Part shown: positions 57,390 to 64,000 of the stretch, in pieces
Numbering within the stretch: position 1 is the first letter of the stretch
Layout of the letters: every line of letters begins with the position of its first letter
Assembly (NCBI GenBank): GCA_963704865.1
Contig: CAVPIE010000002.1
Coordinates: forward strand, 395,415 to 459,414
DNA length: 64,000 bases
Direction: 5' to 3'
DNA from: an uncultured delta proteobacterium
GTDB lineage: Bacteria > Myxococcota_A > Polyangia > Polyangiales > Houyiibacteriaceae
The notes under the pieces: model-generated
What the model saw: the letters and a program-made list of their open reading frames with translations, nothing else
Databases searched by the model: none
Told to the model about the DNA's origin: nothing
Translations under genes and position numbers: made by a program

Positions 57390-58103
57390 ATGGGGCATGC
57401 AAGGACGCAAAAGGATCGACGCTCGAATCACAGGGTTGACCTGGACGGCCGCGCCATCTTGTTTCAGCGAGGCGACCGCATCGGTCAATACACCCTCGAA
57501 AACATCTCTGCGGGAGGTGCGATGGTGTCGGGCGATCGCAAACTGCGGCCCGGCCACCTGGTGCACCTATTGATCGATCTCAATACCGGCGAGGACACCA
57601 TGAGTCTGACGGGCTCCGTTCGTCGCACGCGCGGCGAGAACGGTGGCGTCGCATTGGCGATCGCTTTCCCCGTCTTGTCAGCGGACCAAGAAGATGCAAT
57701 TCATAACGCGGTCTTGCGTGCGCTCGTGCGGCGCGATGCGATTGCGGCGCAGCTTCCACTGCTTGTGTTCGAACCTCGGCGTCGCGTACGCGAGGAAATC
57801 GAAGCCGAGATCCGAAGCTTTGGCTTTGCCGTCTCGGGTGTCGATTCGCTCGCGGACGCGGTTCGCGAGTTGGAGAGCGAAGAGACCGAGTACGCAGGCC
57901 TGATCATTCACTCCGCGACGCACGATGCCTCGTCGATGGAGGTGATCGAGTTTTTCACGAAGTCCGATGACCTCCGAACGATCATTTTGCCCGAGCCCAA
58001 CGGAGAGCTTCACGAGCGGGCCAAAGGCCTCGCCAGATTGCCACAGGTCCGGGTGCCGCGCGTCTGGAGCCGCTCCGAGCTGCGGCGCGCCCTCACGAAT
58101 TAG
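57390..58103 (+). CDS. PilZ domain protein with C-terminal receiver-like domain
   Basis: The PilZ motifs DRRSNHRV and ENISAGGAMV are present. The C-terminal half, LLVFEPRRRVREEIEAEIRSFGF...GLIIHSA.., is receiver-shaped but lacks an obvious phospho-acceptor context. Confidence 0.7.
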   Translation: MGHARTQKDRRSNHRVDLDGRAILFQRGDRIGQYTLENISAGGAMVSGDRKLRPGHLVHLLIDLNTGEDTMSLTGSVRRTRGENGGVALAIAFPVLSADQEDAIHNAVLRALVRRDAIAAQLPLLVFEPRRRVREEIEAEIRSFGFAVSGVDSLADAVRELESEETEYAGLIIHSATHDASSMEVIEFFTKSDDLRTIILPEPNGELHERAKGLARLPQVRVPRVWSRSELRRALTN

Positions 58104-59374
58104 CCCCGATCGAAAGGAACGACTTCCAGCGACTTCACGCCGGGGAGCCGCTCGAATGCTGCGACTACTTCGTTTGCGGTTGCAACCACGACGATCGTGA
58201 GGTCCCTGGTCGAAATTCGCGCGCGCGTCGCGTCATTGGCTCTTTGCAGGCTGACGCCCGCCACCCGCTCGTCGTACTTCTCGACGTAGCTACGGGGGAT
58301 ACCGAGGAGGTCGACATCCAGGCGGGATTCGAGACGCTTGGAAGGCGTGTCGCGGTCAAAGCAGTGGCTGTTGATCAGCCAGCGCTGCGCGAAGCTGAGC
58401 TGAGCCTTCTTGATTCCGCGATCGACCCACTGCTCGAGCAAGTCCAATTGCAGCGCGGCGCAATCCGCCGAGTACTCCGCCGCGGGCGCCGTCGCCATGT
58501 ACCAGGCCTCTCTTTGCCTTGCGTGTAGCAAGCGGCTGTACGCGGAGTAGCTCCAGCCACGGACTGCGCGAACCTCCTGCATGAGTGGACCGCTGAAGGT
58601 GCCGCCAAACGCGGTGTTGGAGACGAGGAGCGGGAACAGATTGCGGTCGCGCGTGCGCGCGCCGAGAGTGCCGATGAAGAGTTGGGTCTGCGTTCGCTCG
58701 GGCTTGTCGACGATGATCACATGGCGGCCGGGTCGTGCCCTCGTCGCTGGAACGACGGAGTCTTTGTGCTTATGTCGCTTGGTGCTTGGAAAGTACGAAG
58801 TGACCAACGCGCGCGCCTCGGAATCGATCACGTCACCGGCGACTCCGACCAGAAAAGGCCGCTTCACGATGTTTCGCGCGTAAAAGCTCTCGATTTGCTG
58901 GAGGCCGATGCGTGCAAGGCTGTCCGCCGTCCCGCTCTGGGCGCGGGCGTACGGATGCTCGCCGAAAAGCGCCTCACGGAAACAACGGGCGCCAAGGGTC
59001 TGGTCGTCGTCTAGCCTGGCGATCAGCGCCGCCTGGGCTTGCCGTTTGAGCTTGGCGAAGTCGCTGGCGCGAAGGGCTGGCCGCCAGACCAAATCGGCCA
59101 GAAGCCCAAGCAATGGCTCCAAATTTCGGCGAAGCACGGTCGCGCGAATCCGAGTCGAGCGCATCGAGATCTGAACCGACACCCGGGCTCCAAGGCTTGC
59201 GAGCCGATCCTCGAAGCGTTGCTGGGAGAGGCCCTGCGGACCCCGGCGTATGAGGTGCCCCGTGAGCTGGGCCAGGCCCTCTCGACCGGCTGGGTCTTGA
59301 AGGCTGCCTGATGCGAAGGCGATTTCCACGTCGACCAGCGGAAGCACGTCGCTCGATTCGACCAAGATGCTCAT
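58100..59374 (-). CDS. M16 family peptidase subunit, lacking the HxxEH zinc motif (likely non-catalytic partner)
   Basis: Pitrilysin-fold blocks are present (..GLAQLTGHLIRRG..). There is no HxxEH at the N-terminus. There is an ATGA overlap with the upstream M16 gene. Confidence 0.75.
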   Translation of the reverse strand: MSILVESSDVLPLVDVEIAFASGSLQDPAGREGLAQLTGHLIRRGPQGLSQQRFEDRLASLGARVSVQISMRSTRIRATVLRRNLEPLLGLLADLVWRPALRASDFAKLKRQAQAALIARLDDDQTLGARCFREALFGEHPYARAQSGTADSLARIGLQQIESFYARNIVKRPFLVGVAGDVIDSEARALVTSYFPSTKRHKHKDSVVPATRARPGRHVIIVDKPERTQTQLFIGTLGARTRDRNLFPLLVSNTAFGGTFSGPLMQEVRAVRGWSYSAYSRLLHARQREAWYMATAPAAEYSADCAALQLDLLEQWVDRGIKKAQLSFAQRWLINSHCFDRDTPSKRLESRLDVDLLGIPRSYVEKYDERVAGVSLQRANDATRARISTRDLTIVVVATANEVVAAFERLPGVKSLEVVPFDRG

Positions 59375-60717
59375 GACGCTCTTCGCAGAATCTCGATCCG
59401 CGTTCGGCGCGAAGTGCGGAGGTACTTGGCGACCGCCCGCTTCACGTCGCGGGCGGAAACTTCGCGGTAGGCCTCGAGCCGCTCGAACACAGCGGCGCCG
59501 TCATTGGCAACGGTCTCGTAAAACCCGATCTGCTCAGCCTTCCCGCCGGCGGTTTCCATGCTGTGCAGGAACGAAAGCTCCAGCTGACTGATCGCTTTCT
59601 CGAGCTCGGTGGGAGTCGGCCCGTCGGAGCCGAGCCGGCTGATCTCCCGATCGAGCAACGCCAGGGCATCGGCCTTCTCCTTTCCCTCCCGGAGAAGAAT
59701 CCACATCTCGAAGAGGCCGGGGTCGACAAAGGGGGAGATCGAGCCGCGCACCGAGAGTGCGAGCTCTTCATCGAGGCAGAACAGCCGGTGCAACCGGGAG
59801 CTCTGGCCTCCAAACAAGACCTCGTTTGCGACGACGAGAGCCGGGGTGTCGGGGTCCAGGAACGATGGTGCGCGGTAGCCGAGAAGGAGCTTTTCGGTAG
59901 GCGTCGGCGCGGGGAGCTGAAAAATTCGCTCTGCACGCTGCGATGGTTCCTTGGAAAGCCTGCGCCGCTCGACCTTGCGAGCGCCGGACATGCCCCCGTA
60001 GTGCTTCTGAACCAGCGAAAGCGCTCTCGATTCGCTGAAATCGCCGGCTATCACGATGGTTGCGTTGCTCGGCGCATAGTGAGTTCGATAGAACTCGCGG
60101 CAATCCTGCACCGTGAAGCCTCGAATGTCGTCCATCGAACCAATCGTCGGCCAACGATACGGGTGACGAACAAATGCGTTCTCGTAAAGTAGCTCGAGTG
60201 CCTTGCCTTCGACGTCATCGTCGACCCGTAGCTTTCGCTCGTTCGCAACGACCTCTTTTTCGGAGCTGACCTGGGGCATGCGGAGAACGAGATTCGCCAT
60301 GCGGTCCGCTTCGAGCTCGATGAGAAGCGGCAAGGCATTTCGGGGCGCGTTCTCGTAGTAGTACGTCCAATCGGTCCATGTCGCCGCGTTCGCCTCCGCC
60401 CCCGCCCGTTCCATCAGGCGGTCGAACTCGCCAGGCGGATGGTTTCGCGTCGCGTTGAACATCAGGTGCTCGAACAGATGCGCAAGGCCCGTCTTGCCCC
60501 GACGCTCATGCCGCGAGCCCACGCGAAACCAGCTGTGGTAGCTCACGGTGGGCGCGGATCGATCGATGAGCGTCAGCACGGTGAGCCCATTGCCCAGACG
60601 AAAACGGCGAAGCCGGAGCGCGTCGCCAAACGCTACGTCGCGTACGAATGCCCAGCGTGCGTTGCGCTTTCGAACGCCGCGGTTGAGCCGTTCAATCAGG
60701 ACTTCAGGCGTTGCCAT
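59371..60717 (-). CDS. M16 family zinc peptidase (insulinase/pitrilysin-like), catalytic subunit
   Basis: GLAHLFEHLMFNAT contains the inverted zinc-binding motif HxxEH. The product is 448 aa. Confidence 0.85.
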   Translation of the reverse strand: MATPEVLIERLNRGVRKRNARWAFVRDVAFGDALRLRRFRLGNGLTVLTLIDRSAPTVSYHSWFRVGSRHERRGKTGLAHLFEHLMFNATRNHPPGEFDRLMERAGAEANAATWTDWTYYYENAPRNALPLLIELEADRMANLVLRMPQVSSEKEVVANERKLRVDDDVEGKALELLYENAFVRHPYRWPTIGSMDDIRGFTVQDCREFYRTHYAPSNATIVIAGDFSESRALSLVQKHYGGMSGARKVERRRLSKEPSQRAERIFQLPAPTPTEKLLLGYRAPSFLDPDTPALVVANEVLFGGQSSRLHRLFCLDEELALSVRGSISPFVDPGLFEMWILLREGKEKADALALLDREISRLGSDGPTPTELEKAISQLELSFLHSMETAGGKAEQIGFYETVANDGAAVFERLEAYREVSARDVKRAVAKYLRTSRRTRIEILRRAS

Positions 60718-60866
60718 GAACGCGTGAGCGTGATCACCGAGCCCGTTGGGGTCAAGGCGATTCGTTGCACGTCAAATCACTAGCTGGCATTTCGAAGGCT
60801 TAAGGAGTTACCCTCGGCCCTGGGAAATCGGATAGTTCCTAACGAGACCTAGGAGGGGAACCGGAG

Positions 60867-61265
60867 ATGAAGTTCGCGATCGTCGGTGCACGTGTTGTGC
60901 TGGGTTTGATTTTCGTGGTCTTTGGCTTGAACGGCTTCTTCCACTTCATTCCAACCCCGGAAATGTCGGAAGGCGCTGGCTCGCTCATGGGCGCCCTCCT
61001 CGCGACGGGATACTTCATGATGCTGGTGAAGCTGGTCGAGGTCGTGTCAGGCCTGATGATTCTGACGGGACGTTTTCTTCCGCTCGGCTTGATCCTGCTG
61101 GCTCCGGTCTCGGTTCACATCCTGCTATTTCACGTGTTCTTGGACCGAGCGGGCTTGCCCATGGCGATCGTGATCGTCGTCCTGCAACTGTTTCTGGCCT
61201 GGGCGTATCGCGACTCGTTCGGTGGCGTTCTGCAAGCCAATCCGAAGCCCACGGGCCAAAACTAG
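60867..61265 (+). CDS. DoxX-like small membrane protein
   Basis: It is a four-helix hydrophobic protein, RVVLGLIFVVFGLNGFFHF...LVEVVSGLMILTGRFLPLG. A strong RBS, AGGAGGGG, lies upstream. Confidence 0.6.
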   Translation: MKFAIVGARVVLGLIFVVFGLNGFFHFIPTPEMSEGAGSLMGALLATGYFMMLVKLVEVVSGLMILTGRFLPLGLILLAPVSVHILLFHVFLDRAGLPMAIVIVVLQLFLAWAYRDSFGGVLQANPKPTGQN

Positions 61266-61313
61266 CCGCCGCTTCGCTTGACCGAGTCACGGGTGGCAGG
61301 TAGCTCTTCGGCC

Positions 61314-62768
61314 ATGTCCGGAGTTCGCGTTCGCTTCGCCCCGTCGCCCACGGGCTACTTGCACATCGGCGGCGTGCGGACTGCACTCTACAGCTGGCTT
61401 TGGGCGCGCCGAAACGGAGGCAGGTTCATCCTGCGGATCGAGGATACCGATCGAGAGCGCAGCACAGACGAGAGCATCAGGGTCGTGCTCGAGTCGATGC
61501 GCTGGCTCGGCCTCGACTGGGACGAGGGCCCCGAAGTGGGAGGCGATCATGGCCCTTACGTGCAAAGCGAGCGTCTCGACATCTATGCCGCGTACGCGGA
61601 AAAGCTGATTGAATCGGGCCACGCCTATCGCTGCTACGCGACGAAGGAGGAAATCGCCGACGCGCGTGAAGCGCATCGGAAGCGCGGCACGAAGGATGGC
61701 TTCCGCTTTGAAAGCCCCTGGCGCGACCGGAGCGACGCCCCGGCGGACCCGAAGGCGCGTCACGTGATTCGCTTCCGTGCGCCCCACGAAGGAGTCACTA
61801 GCTGGGTCGACGAGGTCAAAGGGAAGATCGAGATTCTCAACTCGACCCTGCAGGACTCGATCTTGCTTCGCCCGGATGGACTGCCGCTCTACAATTTCGG
61901 ATGCGTCGTCGATGACCTGACGATGGAGGTGACACTGGTCGCGCGCGGCGACGACCACGTGATCAACACAGCGCCGCAAATTCTACTCTACGAAGCGCTC
62001 GGCTCTGCCGTTCCCAAGTTTGCGCACATGCCAATGGTCCTTGCGCCCAACGGCGAGAAACTTTCGAAACGCCATGCGGCGGTCGGGGTCCTCGAATACC
62101 GCGAAATGGGTTACCTACCCGACGCTGTGATCAACTACCTGGCGCGCCTAGGCTGGTCACACGGCGACCAGGAGATCTTCACGCGACAAGAGCTGATCGA
62201 TAAGTTCGGCTGGGATCGCGTCGGCTCGACCGCTGGCCGCTACGACGCAAAAAAGTTCCTGCACGTTCAGGCCGAGCACCTCCGAATGCTCTCAGATGAG
62301 GAGATTGCATGCGGGTCGGTGCCGTTTCTCGCGAGAATTGGCATCGACGTGGCTGCAGACGATCCGGTTCTCTTGAAGACGATCCCCTACGTGAAGCCAC
62401 GCGCGGAGACCTTCATCGAAGTGGCCGATGCGGTGGACTACTTCTTTCGAAACGTCGAGTTCGATGCGAAGGGGAAACGAAAGTTCCTCTCGCCTGCTTA
62501 CGCAAACAACCTCCGACGCTTGGCCGACGTGCTTGAAGCGGTGGAGCCCTTCGCGAAAGACCCACTCGAGCACACGGTGAAAGCTTGGCTCGAAGAGAAC
62601 GAGCTTTCGATGAAACTGGTCGCGCAGCCAGCCCGTGTGGCACTGACCGGCCGCACGAAGAGCCCGGGCCTCTTCGAAGTAATGGAAGTCCTCGGCAGAG
62701 AAAAGACACTCGCGCGCCTGCGAGCTGGCGCCGAGATTGCCGCAGCCGCACCGATGCCGTCGGATTGA
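61314..62768 (+). CDS. gltX: Glutamate--tRNA ligase
   Basis: VRFAPSPTGYLHIGGVRTALY is the HIGH motif and GEKLSKRH is the KMSKS-type motif. Class I GluRS blocks are present throughout. I chose ATG 61314. Confidence 0.9.
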   Translation: MSGVRVRFAPSPTGYLHIGGVRTALYSWLWARRNGGRFILRIEDTDRERSTDESIRVVLESMRWLGLDWDEGPEVGGDHGPYVQSERLDIYAAYAEKLIESGHAYRCYATKEEIADAREAHRKRGTKDGFRFESPWRDRSDAPADPKARHVIRFRAPHEGVTSWVDEVKGKIEILNSTLQDSILLRPDGLPLYNFGCVVDDLTMEVTLVARGDDHVINTAPQILLYEALGSAVPKFAHMPMVLAPNGEKLSKRHAAVGVLEYREMGYLPDAVINYLARLGWSHGDQEIFTRQELIDKFGWDRVGSTAGRYDAKKFLHVQAEHLRMLSDEEIACGSVPFLARIGIDVAADDPVLLKTIPYVKPRAETFIEVADAVDYFFRNVEFDAKGKRKFLSPAYANNLRRLADVLEAVEPFAKDPLEHTVKAWLEENELSMKLVAQPARVALTGRTKSPGLFEVMEVLGREKTLARLRAGAEIAAAAPMPSD

Positions 62769-62804
62769 GCTCGCCTCACATATTTCTTTTTCTTGGATTC
62801 TGAT

Positions 62805-64000
62805 TTGCAGACTTTGATCATCATCCTCTACCTGTTCACCCTCGGAGTGCTGGCTCTCTACGGCTTACACCGAAGCGCGCTTCTGTTCGGGTACCGACGC
62901 CACCGTCGTGAGCGGTCCTTGCCCTCGGCCCGATTCGACGAAGCGGACCTACCCCTAGTCACGGTCCAGTTGCCAATGTTCAACGAGATGTTCGTCGCGG
63001 AGCGCTTGATCGACGCGGCGTCTCGAATCGACTACCCGACCGACCGCCTCGAGATTCAAGTTCTGGACGATTCGACCGACGCGACGTCGTCGATCGGTCG
63101 TGCCCGGTGCGAAGCGCTACGCGCAAAGGGACTCGATGTCGTCTATCTTCATCGCGAAGACCGCCACGGCTTCAAGGCAGGAGCGCTCGAGGCCGGCATG
63201 AAGGTCGCGAAAGGCGACTTCATCTTCATCCTGGACGCGGATTTCGTACCGGGGCCGGGAATCGTCCGCGAGCTGATCGACTTCTTCACGGACTCCGCCG
63301 TTGGGATGGTGCAGGCGAGATGGGCCCACCTGAACCGGGATCGGTCTTTGCTCACTCGCTGCCAGGCCATGCTTCTCGACGGGCACTTCGTCATCGAGCA
63401 CAGCGCCCGCAACCGCTCGGGGCGTTTCTTCAACTTCAACGGCACCGCAGGCATGTGGCGGAAATCCGCCATCATCGACGCAGGTGGTTGGCAACACGAT
63501 ACGATCACCGAAGACATGGACCTCAGCTACCGTGCGCAGCTCGCGGGCTGGAAGTTCGTCTATGCGCCGCAGCTGAGCGTGCCCGCAGAGCTGCCCTCCG
63601 AGATGAACAGCTTCAAAGGGCAGCAGTATCGATGGGCCAAAGGCTCGGTTCAAACGGCGCGCAAGCTCCTCGGCACGATCCTGCGCGCCCCGGTGGGCCG
63701 CCAAGTGAAGATCGAAGCCCTTTTTCACCTGACGAACAACTTCGCGTATCTGTTCTTGATGGTGTTGGCGCTGCTACAGCTTCCAAACATGTTGATCCGT
63801 CGCCAGTTGGAACACCCAGAGCTATTGATGCTCGACGTGCCCATGTTTGTGGCTACCTGTGGATCGGTCGCGGCGTTCTACGTGATCGCGCATCAGGATC
63901 TCTACGGTGGCCGCTGGGAGGCCATCAAACGACTGCCTGCCATGATGGCGCTCGGCATCGGCCTATCGGTCAACAACGGGAGGGCGGCGATTGAAGGCTT
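62805..64000 (+). CDS. Family 2 glycosyltransferase, processive CslA/MGlcDG-synthase-like. Only the N-terminal part is present; the gene runs off the window's right edge.
   Basis: My translation gives LPLVTVQLPMFNEMFVAERLIDAASRIDYPTDRLEIQVLDDSTD, FILDADFVP, TEDMDLSYR and QQYRWAKG, which match the D, DxD, D and QxxRW motifs. It is not in the ORF track because it lacks an in-window stop. The start is uncertain, with TTG candidates at 62793 and 62805. Confidence 0.8.
   Translation, partial: MQTLIIILYLFTLGVLALYGLHRSALLFGYRRHRRERSLPSARFDEADLPLVTVQLPMFNEMFVAERLIDAASRIDYPTDRLEIQVLDDSTDATSSIGRARCEALRAKGLDVVYLHREDRHGFKAGALEAGMKVAKGDFIFILDADFVPGPGIVRELIDFFTDSAVGMVQARWAHLNRDRSLLTRCQAMLLDGHFVIEHSARNRSGRFFNFNGTAGMWRKSAIIDAGGWQHDTITEDMDLSYRAQLAGWKFVYAPQLSVPAELPSEMNSFKGQQYRWAKGSVQTARKLLGTILRAPVGRQVKIEALFHLTNNFAYLFLMVLALLQLPNMLIRRQLEHPELLMLDVPMFVATCGSVAAFYVIAHQDLYGGRWEAIKRLPAMMALGIGLSVNNGRAAIEG

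Noticed and set aside
60785-60800. A sigma54-like element, TGGCATttcgaagGCT, upstream of the DoxX-like gene.
   Set aside because: GG and GC are correctly spaced, but the -12 region (AGGCT versus TTGCW) is poor. I found no supporting context, so it is too weak to call.
63107-63994. A 295-aa plus-strand ORF near the right edge.
   Set aside because: It is in a different frame from the clearly recognisable GT2 glycosyltransferase (D, DxD, QxxRW motifs), which occupies the same DNA. Its translation is Arg-rich nonsense.

Overview
This is a GC-rich (about two-thirds G+C by eye), densely coding bacterial chromosomal window. I did not find a clear novel multi-gene system. The gene content points to a myxobacterium (Myxococcota), which is inference only: an FHA-GAF-sigma54 activator, pseudo-receiver and TPR giant proteins, many lipobox lipoproteins, and a minor-pilin/PilY1 cluster. 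Most of the window is core housekeeping: a partial 2-oxoacid dehydrogenase E1-alpha, an acyl-CoA carboxylase pair, suhB-like, gyrB, an ABC-2 exporter, tatA/tatC, trpS, relA/spoT, ftsK, bioA, lnt, an M16 peptidase pair and gltX. Signalling genes are interleaved: GAF-GGDEF, a hybrid histidine kinase, a single-domain receiver, an MCP, a PilZ protein and a sigma54 activator. Many adjacent genes share 4-nt ATGA/GTGA start-stop overlaps, which define operons. The only clearly non-core stretch is about 35.06-36.26 kb. It holds a small wHTH ORF and a tRNA-Leu(CAG) with a good sigma70-like promoter. The tRNA is followed by a tandem array of a 166-nt unit that re-duplicates its last ~18 nt and is rich in conserved hairpins. 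After the array comes a GT-skewed spacer with a near-consensus sigma54 promoter. That promoter abuts a six-gene, translationally coupled fimT/pilV/pilW/pilX/pilY1(+lipoprotein) operon. Other items worth a second look:
- a TPR lipoprotein coupled to a HerA/FtsK-like ATPase with an unusual tail
- a 934-aa divergent biotin carboxylase-BCCP fusion
- a 900-aa double pseudo-receiver/TPR protein
- a four-gene HEAT-lipoprotein/RHH-FHA/lipoprotein operon

The long ORFs antisense to recognised genes are treated as high-GC shadow ORFs. All functional calls rest on motif recognition by eye; no database search was run.
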